Source of the DNA: an uncultured Gemmatimonadales bacterium
Lineage (GTDB): Bacteria > Gemmatimonadota > Gemmatimonadetes > Gemmatimonadales > GWC2-71-9
DNA length: 64,000 nt
NCBI GenBank assembly: GCA_963810185.1
Contig: CAWEMJ010000007.1
Coordinates: 836,190-900,189 of the forward strand
Direction: 5' to 3'
Both the position numbers and the translations under genes were made by a program. Positions 36,138-44,469 of this stretch are shown one piece after another. Below the pieces are notes generated by a model, which saw only the letters and a list, made by a program, of their open reading frames with translations, searched no databases and was not told where the DNA came from. Position 1 is the first letter of the stretch. Every line of letters begins with the position of its first letter.

Positions 36138-36737
36138 GTGGGCCGCCCTGCCCCCCAGCCGCTCATGACGCCACTGCGGGAAAGGATGCTGAGCCGACTG
36201 GCCGGGTACACGCCCCGGAAAGTGGAGGACCCCGCCCTCGCGCGCGCGGCGGTGGCGCTGGTGGTGGTCCCGGGGCCCGATGCGATTCTCCTGATCCGGC
36301 GTGCCGAACGGATCGGGGATCCCTGGTCCGGACAGATGGGGCTGCCGGGCGGGCGCAGCAGCCCGAACGATGCCGACCTGCTCCAAACCGCCATCCGCGA
36401 GACGCGGGAAGAAGTCGGCATCTCGCTCTCGCCCGCCGAGCTTCTCGGTGCGCTAGACGACGTGGCTCCTCGCTCACCCCACCTGCCGCCCCTGATGGTG
36501 CGGCCCTTCCTCTTCCTGCTGTCCGAGCGGCCGGTCGTCGTTCCGAACCAGGAGGTGGCCGATCACCTCTGGGTGGAGTGGGACTCCCTGGTTCATCCCG
36601 ATTCCTATCGCCCGTTCACCATCCGGCTCGGCGACGCACTCCGCGAGTTCCCGGCCTACCACGTGAGTCCGGTGCCGGTCTGGGGAATGACCGAGCGCAT
36701 CCTTGCGCCGTTGGTTGAACTGCTTTCGACGGGTTGA
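36138..36737 (+). CDS. NUDIX hydrolase (CoA pyrophosphatase-like)
   Basis: Nudix box GLPGGRSSPNDADLLQTAIRETREEVG. The start is GTG 36138 or ATG 36165. Confidence 0.8.
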   Translation: MGRPAPQPLMTPLRERMLSRLAGYTPRKVEDPALARAAVALVVVPGPDAILLIRRAERIGDPWSGQMGLPGGRSSPNDADLLQTAIRETREEVGISLSPAELLGALDDVAPRSPHLPPLMVRPFLFLLSERPVVVPNQEVADHLWVEWDSLVHPDSYRPFTIRLGDALREFPAYHVSPVPVWGMTERILAPLVELLSTG

Positions 36738-36781
36738 GTCGGGCCGTTCCCTCGGGCCAATGAAATAGAAGGATCTTGCAT

Positions 36782-36817
36782 TTAGGGTTGCAGTAAAATA
36801 AATTTAGGCAACCCTAA
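36782..36817. promoter_or_regulatory. Candidate DtxR/MntR operator in an AT-rich stretch upstream of mntR
   Basis: Perfect 10-bp inverted repeat TTAGGGTTGC (36782-36791) / GCAACCCTAA (36808-36817). The right half, TTAGGCAACCCTAA, is itself DtxR-box-like (TTAGG....CCTAA). It ends 14 nt before the mntR ATG. Confidence 0.5.
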
Positions 36818-36830
36818 TATCGGTCGAGCG

Positions 36831-37517
36831 ATGGCACCATCGGCACATGCTGAGATCCTCACCAGGTCCGTCGAGGACTACCTCAAGGCCATTTACCGAC
36901 TCACGCTCGGTGGGTCGCCAGCCGGCACCACCGAAATCGCCAATTTGCTCGACCTCGCCCCCGCCTCCGTGACCGGAATGGTCAAGCGGCTTTCCGAGCA
37001 GGGCCTCCTGGAACATGTCCCCTATAAGGGAGCCGAATTGACGGCCACCGGGCGCCGCGCGGCGCTCCGGACTGTCCGCCGCCACCGGATTCTCGAGTCT
37101 TACCTGGTCGCGTTTCTGGATTACACCTGGGACACGGTGCACGAGGAGGCCGAGCGACTCGAGCACGCTGTGTCCGACCGGCTTATCGAGCGAATGGCCA
37201 CCGCCCTCGGCAATCCCAGCGTCGATCCTCACGGCGATCCGATTCCCGCGCCTGACGGCTCGATGATCGAACTCGTCTACACGCCGCTCTCAGAAGTGCC
37301 GGTCGGCGAGTCGGTCGAATTGCGGCGGGTGGAGACGGGGCAGGCGGATCGGCTGCGGTTCTTCGCGGACCACGGGCTGGTGCCTGGTGCGGCGGTGGTC
37401 GTGACGGGTCGGCAGCCCTTCGGCGGGCCGCTGACGGTGCGTGCCTCGGGGCGCGAACAACTGCTCGGCGCCGAGTTGGCCGGCGTCCTCCTCTGCTCCC
37501 GGGCGGAGGCACCGTGA
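36831..37517 (+). CDS. mntR: DtxR/MntR-family metal-dependent repressor
   Basis: [15 protein letters not shown] start, the metal-site region HEEAERLEH, and a C-terminal FeoA/SH3-like domain. Confidence 0.85.
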   Translation: MAPSAHAEILTRSVEDYLKAIYRLTLGGSPAGTTEIANLLDLAPASVTGMVKRLSEQGLLEHVPYKGAELTATGRRAALRTVRRHRILESYLVAFLDYTWDTVHEEAERLEHAVSDRLIERMATALGNPSVDPHGDPIPAPDGSMIELVYTPLSEVPVGESVELRRVETGQADRLRFFADHGLVPGAAVVVTGRQPFGGPLTVRASGREQLLGAELAGVLLCSRAEAP

Positions 37518-38869
37518 GCGCCAGCGGGCCCCCGATCGAGGAACTGACAGCCGGCTGGCGGCTTCCGCGGTCGGCGCCGAGCCTCCCTGAGGCGTTCCGA
37601 ACGGTGGACATTCCGGCGGGCGCCCCCTGGTGGCGGAAAATGCTGGCCTTCGCCGGCCCCGGGTACATGGTGGCGGTCGGGTACATGGATCCCGGGAATT
37701 GGGCCACCGATCTCGCCGGCGGTTCGCGCTTCGGTTACACGCTGCTCAGCGTCATCCTCCTCTCGAACCTGATGGCAATCCTGCTGCAGGCCCTCGCGCT
37801 CCGGCTGGGTATCGCCACCGGACGGGACTTGGCCCAGGCCTGTCGGGATCATTACTCGAGGCCGGTCAGTTTCCTCCTCTGGGTGCTCTGCGAAATCGCC
37901 ATCGCCGCCTGCGACCTGGCCGAGGTCATCGGTTCGGCCATCGCGTTGAATCTGCTGTTCGGCATTCCACTGCTCTGGGGCGTCTGCATCACGGCCGTCG
38001 ATGTCCTGTTGATCCTGCTCCTGCAGCACCGCGGCTTCCGCTGGCTCGAGGCGTTCGTGATCGTCCTGGTCGCCACCATCGGAATGTGCTTCGCCTTCGA
38101 GTTGCTGTTGGCACAGCCGGTGGTCGGAGCGGTGCTGCGCGGGCTGATCCCGACGCCGGAAATCGTTTTCAACCCGGGGATGCTTTACATCGCCATCGGT
38201 ATTCTCGGCGCCACCGTCATGCCGCACAACCTCTACCTGCACAGCTCCATCGTGCAGACCCGCAACTTCGGCCATACCTTGGAGGCCAAGCGCGAGGCCA
38301 TCAAGTTTGCGACGATCGACTCCACGCTGGCGCTCTTCTTCGCCTTCTTCATCAACGCCGCCATCCTGATCCTCGCCGCGGCCACCTTTCATACGACCGG
38401 CAACCAGGGCGTGGCGGACATCAGCGACGCGCACCAGCTCCTCACGCCACTCCTCGGCACCACGATGGCGAGCGTGCTCTTTGCCGTCGCGCTCCTGGCA
38501 TCAGGGCAGAACTCGACGATTACCGGGACGCTTGCGGGTCAAATCGTCATGGAGGGATTTCTCAACATCCGCCTTCCGGCATGGCTCCGGCGGCTCATCA
38601 CCCGGCTGATCGCCATCGTCCCGGCGGTCATCGTGACGGCCCTCGCCGGGGAGCGAGGAGCCGGCCAATTGCTGATCCTGAGTCAGGTCATCCTGAGCAT
38701 GCAGTTGTCGTTCGCGGTCGTGCCGCTCGTGCTGTTCACCAGTGACAAGGCCAAGATGGGTGTGTTCGTGAATCCGCGGTGGGTCCAGGTGCTGGCGTGG
38801 TGTGTGGCCGTGGTGATTGGGTCGCTCAACGGGTGGCTGCTGATCGAGACCTTCCGCGGATGGCTCTGA
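37514..38869 (+). CDS. mntH: NRAMP-family divalent metal (Mn2+/Fe2+) transporter
   Basis: [12 protein letters not shown] signature in a polytopic membrane protein. The GTG start overlaps the mntR stop (GTGA). Confidence 0.9.
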   Translation: MSASGPPIEELTAGWRLPRSAPSLPEAFRTVDIPAGAPWWRKMLAFAGPGYMVAVGYMDPGNWATDLAGGSRFGYTLLSVILLSNLMAILLQALALRLGIATGRDLAQACRDHYSRPVSFLLWVLCEIAIAACDLAEVIGSAIALNLLFGIPLLWGVCITAVDVLLILLLQHRGFRWLEAFVIVLVATIGMCFAFELLLAQPVVGAVLRGLIPTPEIVFNPGMLYIAIGILGATVMPHNLYLHSSIVQTRNFGHTLEAKREAIKFATIDSTLALFFAFFINAAILILAAATFHTTGNQGVADISDAHQLLTPLLGTTMASVLFAVALLASGQNSTITGTLAGQIVMEGFLNIRLPAWLRRLITRLIAIVPAVIVTALAGERGAGQLLILSQVILSMQLSFAVVPLVLFTSDKAKMGVFVNPRWVQVLAWCVAVVIGSLNGWLLIETFRGWL

Positions 38870-39612
38870 GACTCGCGTCGGCGGCGGGGCTGATTCTTGG
38901 CTTGGCTGCTTCACCTCCCCTCCAGGGCCAGGCGCCCCCCGCACCGATTCGCGACAACAGCTTTCTCATCGAAGAGGCCTACAACCAGGACCGGAACGTC
39001 GTGCAACACATCAGCACGCTCGCCTTGGGTCGGGACGGCGGCTGGGTGTTCAACTTCACCGATGAGTGGCCGATCGGCGGCCCCCGCGATCAAGCGAGCG
39101 TCGGGGCGACGGTCCTCAACGGCGATGGGTCGACCTCCTTCGGCGTCCTCGCCTTCAACTACCGCCGACAGGTGGTCGGCGGAGTGGAGGCGGCCTTCGT
39201 GGTGGCGCCGCGGCTGAGTGCGCTGGTGGTCTTTGACGGGGATGGTGCGGAGGGCGGGGGAGGGGTGGCGTTCCAGGCGAACATCCCGGCGACCACGGTG
39301 CTGAGCGAGTCGTTCGTCGCTCACTGGAATCTCGGAGTCACCGCCGGCGTCGGCCCCACGATCCTGAACGCCGGTGCCAGCATGGTCTGGCTGGCGTCAC
39401 CGTGGATGAACTTCCTCGTCGAGGGACTCTACCTCGGCACCACCGGGCAGGAGGCGGCCTGGATCGTGAGCCCGGGCGTGCGCTGGGCGTTCAATCTTGG
39501 TTCGGTGCAGGTGGTGCCTGGACTCGCCGTGCCGCTGGAACTTTCCCGCAGCGAGAAGACCGCCGTCCTGATCTACCTCAGCGTCGAGCACCCCTTCGGC
39601 CCGACCAACTGA
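38860..39612 (+). CDS. Putative outer-membrane beta-barrel protein co-transcribed with mntH
   Basis: ATG 38860 overlaps the mntH stop by 10 nt. Signal peptide [23 protein letters not shown], an alternating beta-strand pattern and a C-terminal aromatic residue (...EHPFGPTN). Confidence 0.5.
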   Translation: MALRLASAAGLILGLAASPPLQGQAPPAPIRDNSFLIEEAYNQDRNVVQHISTLALGRDGGWVFNFTDEWPIGGPRDQASVGATVLNGDGSTSFGVLAFNYRRQVVGGVEAAFVVAPRLSALVVFDGDGAEGGGGVAFQANIPATTVLSESFVAHWNLGVTAGVGPTILNAGASMVWLASPWMNFLVEGLYLGTTGQEAAWIVSPGVRWAFNLGSVQVVPGLAVPLELSRSEKTAVLIYLSVEHPFGPTN

Positions 39613-39637
39613 ATCAGGACGGCGCCTGCGCCACGGC

Positions 39638-41251
39638 TCACAGCCCGAGTCGGAGCACCACTCCCGCAGTCCCCCAGCGGTACGCCCCGGTCGCCGAGAG
39701 ATACGCGCTGTTGCTCACCCCGGCGAACGCCTCGAGTCGATTGCGCTCTGAGAACCACCACGCCGCGCGGCCCTCGATGTGCCCCTCCCATTGCCAGGTC
39801 TCGCCGAGGCCGATCTGCTGCACGCCCGCGCCGGCGCTCAGGCGGGTTTCCCAGTCCTGCCCGACGCGCGAATAGCCACCGCGCGCCTCGACGACCGCAA
39901 AACGGTCGGGAGAGAAGTACTGCGGTACGGTCTCCTCGAACCACACCAGCCGCGCCAGCCCACCAGCGAAAAAGTGCCGAGGGAGCTGCTTGGTCAACGC
40001 GAGCACCCCGGAGGCGCGTTGGTTGCCGTCGCTGAACCAGCCGGCGCCCGCGCCCGCGCTGAGCGACAACCCCCGGCCCACTGCAGCGTCCGCCGTGACG
40101 TCCACGGCATCAATGTCGATCCCCGCGCCGATGAGGTAGGCGGTCTCCGCGAAGGGGAAGTGCGCGTAGCTCACGCCGACGCCGAACGCCGGCTGGATCC
40201 GGTACGAAGCGCCCGCCCGGGCCGTGAGCGCACTCCGCGACACGCCGGAGTCGGGCCAGAGACCTTGCACGCCGAATGCGCCGGTCATCTGCCAGCGGGC
40301 CTGGGTGTAGGTGGCGCCGAACTCGGACGTCCCGCGTGTGGCGGAAATGGAGGGTGCGCTGCTTCCCTCATAGAATCCCACCGACCCGAAGCCGCGCACC
40401 CGGTTTGCCAGCGGCGTGGCGACCGAAACGACCTGCCACCACATCCGGTTGTCATCGCTGTCTTCGCTCCAGCCCAACGCCACATCAGCCGCCCCCTGGA
40501 CCGAACGACCGATCGACTGTCGGGCGAGGAGCGCGTCCCGGTTGGTCGGGGCGAGCGACACCGCGCTGTCCGCTTCGGCGAGGGCCTCGAGTTGACGTCC
40601 GGCGGACAGATAGACCTGGGCCAGCCCCACCCGCGCGGTCACGTCGTTAGGTCGGTAGGAGAGCGCCCGCTCGTACCCGGCGATGGCTTCGGCCGTCCTC
40701 CCGTCCCAATACGCGAGCTGTGCGGCGCCGGCAAGCGCGTCGCCGTTGGTCGGGTCCCGCTCCAGCACCACCCGGTACAGCGAATCGGCCTCCAGCTCCT
40801 GGCCGTCCCACGACAGGGTCCGCGCCTTGCCCACCAGGCCATCGAGTCGGGCCGGATAGAGCGCAATGAGACTGTCCCATTGCACCAGCGCCTGCGGGTA
40901 GCGCCCCGCCCAGCTGAGCACCTGCGCCTGCATGGCGCGCACGTCGGGGTCGTCCGGGTCCGCGGCGCGCGCCTGCGCGAGGTATGTCAGCGCGGAGTCG
41001 AGGTTCCCGTCCCACGCCGCCAGCACTCCGAGCCGGTAACTCGCCCGGACCGAAGCTGGATCCTGCGTCAGGGCGCGGAGGTAGGCCTCCCGGGCCGCAC
41101 CGTAGCGTCCCTGGTTCCAGGCCGCGTCAGCCTCCGCTACCTGCGCGGCGGCGGCGGCGGGGAACAGCAAGAGCGTGCCGGCGAGCAGCAGCCGTCTCAG
41201 GCAACTCGTCACTTCGACTCCGGGCCGAAATCGTGAAGGGAGGTTCGGCAT
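39638..41251 (-). CDS. TPR-repeat protein with C-terminal beta-barrel (PgaA/PelB/YaiO-like outer-membrane export scaffold)
   Basis: ATG 41251 overlaps the upstream stop (TGATG). A signal peptide is followed by about six TPR units (AWNQGRYGAAREAYLRAL...). The C-terminal 280 aa have alternating beta-strand character and end ...VVLRLGL. Confidence 0.65.
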   Translation of the reverse strand: MPNLPSRFRPGVEVTSCLRRLLLAGTLLLFPAAAAAQVAEADAAWNQGRYGAAREAYLRALTQDPASVRASYRLGVLAAWDGNLDSALTYLAQARAADPDDPDVRAMQAQVLSWAGRYPQALVQWDSLIALYPARLDGLVGKARTLSWDGQELEADSLYRVVLERDPTNGDALAGAAQLAYWDGRTAEAIAGYERALSYRPNDVTARVGLAQVYLSAGRQLEALAEADSAVSLAPTNRDALLARQSIGRSVQGAADVALGWSEDSDDNRMWWQVVSVATPLANRVRGFGSVGFYEGSSAPSISATRGTSEFGATYTQARWQMTGAFGVQGLWPDSGVSRSALTARAGASYRIQPAFGVGVSYAHFPFAETAYLIGAGIDIDAVDVTADAAVGRGLSLSAGAGAGWFSDGNQRASGVLALTKQLPRHFFAGGLARLVWFEETVPQYFSPDRFAVVEARGGYSRVGQDWETRLSAGAGVQQIGLGETWQWEGHIEGRAAWWFSERNRLEAFAGVSNSAYLSATGAYRWGTAGVVLRLGL

Positions 41252-43884
41252 CAGCGTGCCGTCCATGTCGCTCGCAGTGAATCGTACACCGGCTTGAGAC
41301 GGCTGTGCGATACCGGCTCCTGCCAGGGAGCCCACGTCCAGGTCGTGAACTCGGGGGCGCGCCATTGGCCTCCTGGTGCGCTGGGGAGAGCGGCGACCGG
41401 TTTCCGCTGAGCTCCCTTCCGGTACACGAACGCGCCCATCCGCACTCCGTCGGTGACCGCGGTTCCGAACTCCCCGCCCGCCTGGTTGCTCCGGTCAAAC
41501 AGCACGGTGCGGCTCGAGGGATCGGTCACGTTCAGGAGGCCCCACGGGAGCCGGATCTCCACCAGTCCGGCCACGGAATCGGCATACCAGTCGGCAAGAC
41601 TGCTTTCCGCCTCCGTCCCGAACTTCAGCCCGCCCCGGTCGTAGCCCTGCGCCGGGAAGAAGGTCCCATCCCGCCCGAATCGCGCCCGGTTCGTCAGGAC
41701 GAACATCGGATCGAACCGGCCGTCGGTTTCCACCCCGATCGTCGCGGGTCGTCGGTAGAATCGGCCGAAGTCGTCGCCGTCCAGGACCGAAGCCTCACCC
41801 ACGTAGGGATTGTACGCGGGCAGGATTTGAAGCGTCGCGTCAGCTGGGCTCCTCAGTTGCAGCACGAACTCGAAGCCGATTTCGCTCCGCAGCGTCGTTT
41901 CCGGAAGCGTCATCTGGCCGGCCGCCGGCAGGTACGTGTCGAGCGCCACCACGATCCCGAGGGTGTCCCAGTGGATTGCCCTGCTCGACACCTCCAGCGC
42001 CAGATAGAGATAGCCTGCGTCGCTGCCGGCGCGAATGGACTTGAGCAGTCCAGCGCCGGACTGGACCGGGTCGAGCGAGCGCCAGCGCGCGGGGTCGCCC
42101 CCCAGGATCGGTCGCGTGCCTTCTGCGCCGGCATACTGCCCGAGAATGCCGTAGTGCTGCTCGGCGTCCATTGCGTTCGTCCACAACCGGTTCCGTTCGC
42201 CCGGCTGTTCGAAGTCGATTACGATCCAGTTCTTCTTGAACCACTCGTCCATCCACGCAAACATGATGGCCCCGGCGGCGCCGCTCTCCCGGATCTCGCG
42301 CGTGAGCCGCGCGTCGATGGCGGCCATGGCCACTTCGTCGTGTCCGCCGTGGTTCCAGCCCTGCGGTTGCAGGTGCGCGTTGCCCCGGCTCGAGGGGACG
42401 CCATACTCCGAAATGACGAACGGCATCCCTGCGTGGTGGCGGCGGAGATCGCTCAGGTAGCCGAAGTAGTTCGAGGGGCCCTCACTCGACTGCGCCTGGC
42501 GATAGCCCGGGTCATAGAGCAGGAAGTCAGGGTAGTACGGATAGGCGTGGTAGCTCGCGAACCAGCCGGCCGGATTGGCCGCCGTCGGCCGGATGAGGTT
42601 GGCGTCGAGACCGATGGCGTCGTTCTCGTACTCGAGCTTGTCACCGTCCACGGGGCGCCCAGCGCGGCGACGCCATTCACGTTCTTCCGCCGCGCTCGAT
42701 TCCGTCGGGTGAAACAGCGGGTCGAGCGTGGGCCAGTTGGTGTACGCGATCGGTCGCAGGGCGTTCCACTGGTCGGCTTCGTACGCGAGCAGGTAATCGC
42801 ACTGTTCCGCCATCCAAACGTCCATTGCGGGCGCCTGGTCGGCGGCGAGGTACCGCCCGGCATACGCGCGGGACGCGGGGTGGAGCGAATCGTAGGCCTT
42901 CACCGCAAACGGCTCCCACTCCCGGCCGATGATATAGGCGGCGACCCAGCGGGAGACGTCCGCGTCGTAGCGGCCCGATGCATGGCCCGGCCGCGGCCGC
43001 AGTTCGGCGGCGCCGTGGAGCAGGTCCACCACGTTGCGCATTTCGGATCGGAACGACCCCTTCCATTCCGGATCGTCGAAGTCGTGTTCCGGGGGGAGTT
43101 CGGTCCAGACGCCGTGGACCAGCCAGATGAGCGCGTCCGGATGCGTCACATTCCAGCCGCGGAGCGCCCGGTAGAACGAAGGCGGCAGGATCGTGTACAC
43201 CCGCACGACGTTCGCGTTCATGGTGGCCAGCGTATCGAGCCACCCGGCATACACGGCGGAGTCCGTGGGGAACTCGGATGGAAATCGTCCTGGCAGCGCC
43301 ACCCCCAGGTTCACTCCCTGCATGTAGAAGGGGACCCACTGCCCCGTTGCGTCCCGGACCTCAAACCCTGTGCCTGCCGTTCGCGAAACGAGTTCGAGAC
43401 TCTTCGGGACGACCCTCTGCGTCAGCGGGGGGCGATCCCAGTCCGGGGCGGCCTCGGTGAGCAGCGCGCGCAGGTCCGCCCGCCCGGGCGCGAGGTCATA
43501 CGCCCGCCTGGCGGCGCGTGCGGTCGCGGCCACGTCGCCTCGCCGCCACGCTACCCGGGCCGCTCCCTCCCACGCGTCCACCTGCGTCGTGTCCCTGGCC
43601 AGCGCAACGGCGAATAGCGAGTCCGCGGTAACGAGCCGGCCACGACGCAATTCCACGAAACCGAGCCCGATCAGGGCGCCCACCGAGCCGCAGCGTGCCG
43701 CCGGGGCAAATCGCCTCGCGGCGACATCGAGCGAATCCGCCCGGTAGGAACGCCACCCTGCATCCACCAGTCCAGCGTCCTCCGGGGGGCACTGCTCCTG
43801 CGCGGCGGCCGGCCCACCGAAGAGGGCCAGCGCCAGCGCCGCGAGGGTGCAACCCCCGCTCAGGAGTGATAGATTTGGTCGCAT
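41251..43884 (-). CDS. Secreted TPR plus TIM-barrel glycoside-hydrolase-like protein (878 aa)
   Basis: Only the C-terminal 878 codons of ORF 41251..45525 are credible. They start at MRPNLSLLSGGCTLAALALALFG (signal) and include NANVVRVYT and FVISEYGVPSS-type (beta/alpha)8 glycosidase motifs. The upstream part of the ORF is antisense to two plus-strand genes. Confidence 0.65.
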   Translation of the reverse strand: MRPNLSLLSGGCTLAALALALFGGPAAAQEQCPPEDAGLVDAGWRSYRADSLDVAARRFAPAARCGSVGALIGLGFVELRRGRLVTADSLFAVALARDTTQVDAWEGAARVAWRRGDVAATARAARRAYDLAPGRADLRALLTEAAPDWDRPPLTQRVVPKSLELVSRTAGTGFEVRDATGQWVPFYMQGVNLGVALPGRFPSEFPTDSAVYAGWLDTLATMNANVVRVYTILPPSFYRALRGWNVTHPDALIWLVHGVWTELPPEHDFDDPEWKGSFRSEMRNVVDLLHGAAELRPRPGHASGRYDADVSRWVAAYIIGREWEPFAVKAYDSLHPASRAYAGRYLAADQAPAMDVWMAEQCDYLLAYEADQWNALRPIAYTNWPTLDPLFHPTESSAAEEREWRRRAGRPVDGDKLEYENDAIGLDANLIRPTAANPAGWFASYHAYPYYPDFLLYDPGYRQAQSSEGPSNYFGYLSDLRRHHAGMPFVISEYGVPSSRGNAHLQPQGWNHGGHDEVAMAAIDARLTREIRESGAAGAIMFAWMDEWFKKNWIVIDFEQPGERNRLWTNAMDAEQHYGILGQYAGAEGTRPILGGDPARWRSLDPVQSGAGLLKSIRAGSDAGYLYLALEVSSRAIHWDTLGIVVALDTYLPAAGQMTLPETTLRSEIGFEFVLQLRSPADATLQILPAYNPYVGEASVLDGDDFGRFYRRPATIGVETDGRFDPMFVLTNRARFGRDGTFFPAQGYDRGGLKFGTEAESSLADWYADSVAGLVEIRLPWGLLNVTDPSSRTVLFDRSNQAGGEFGTAVTDGVRMGAFVYRKGAQRKPVAALPSAPGGQWRAPEFTTWTWAPWQEPVSHSRLKPVYDSLRATWTAR

Positions 43885-43897
43885 GGAGCCTACCCCA

Positions 43898-44317
43898 ATG
43901 TCGGACGCTGCGGCGCCGGCGGCAAGCGCAGTACTTACCACCAGCGCGCTGGGCCGCGATCTCGTCGACACCTTCGGCAAGGGCTGGGCCAAGGGTGACG
44001 TGCCGCTGTTGATGTCGGTCTTCAGTGACGAGGCCGCCTTCATCGAGACTCCATTCGCGCAGCCTCGGAAGGGCAAGGAGGCCATCCTCCAGTACTGGCG
44101 GGATGTGCCAGTGCACCAGGCCGAAGTCACATTCACGAGCGGGGAGATTTTCGCGGTCGGGCCTTGGTTCTCCGTCGAGTACAAGGTCACCTTCCGCCGT
44201 CGGCGCACCGGGGAATGGGTGGAGGCCCGCGGGGCAATGTTCTGTGAGACCGACAAGGGCAAGATCACCGAACTCAGGATGTACTGGCACCGGTGGGCTG
44301 GGGGACGGGAGGGGTAG
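43898..44317 (+). CDS. SnoaL/NTF2-like small protein
   Basis: The pattern GWAKGDVPLLMSVFSDEAAF...GKEAILQYW...FSVEYKV...G.MFCETDKGKITELRMYW is typical of the NTF2-like fold. The start is ATG 43898 or 43883. Confidence 0.6.
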   Translation: MSDAAAPAASAVLTTSALGRDLVDTFGKGWAKGDVPLLMSVFSDEAAFIETPFAQPRKGKEAILQYWRDVPVHQAEVTFTSGEIFAVGPWFSVEYKVTFRRRRTGEWVEARGAMFCETDKGKITELRMYWHRWAGGREG

Positions 44318-44391
44318 GGTACGTCCACCCGTGCGGACGGGCTGGATAGTATATGATCTCGTAACTTGTTTACCTGTAATGCTTTGATTCT

Positions 44392-44407
44392 TGGCACAAC
44401 CCTCGCT
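44392..44407 (+). promoter_or_regulatory. Possible sigma54 (-24/-12) promoter upstream of the DUF4384 gene
   Basis: TGGCAC-N5-TCGC with canonical GG..GC spacing (G44394 to G45405-equivalent G44405 = 11 nt). It lies 63 nt upstream of ATG 44470, at the edge of an AT-rich stretch. The -12 element is TCGC rather than TTGC. Confidence 0.3.
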
Positions 44408-44469
44408 GTTAGCCGAAGGGATCGCGGACGGACCAATTCAGGGTTTCGTCGGCACCGCCAGGAGGAAAT

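Noticed and set aside
43882-43885. Divergent start codons sharing the palindrome CATG (minus ATG 43884, plus ATG 43883)
   Set aside because: An in-frame ATG at 43898 gives an equally good SnoaL-like protein without the overlap, so the shared-start arrangement is not required by the data.
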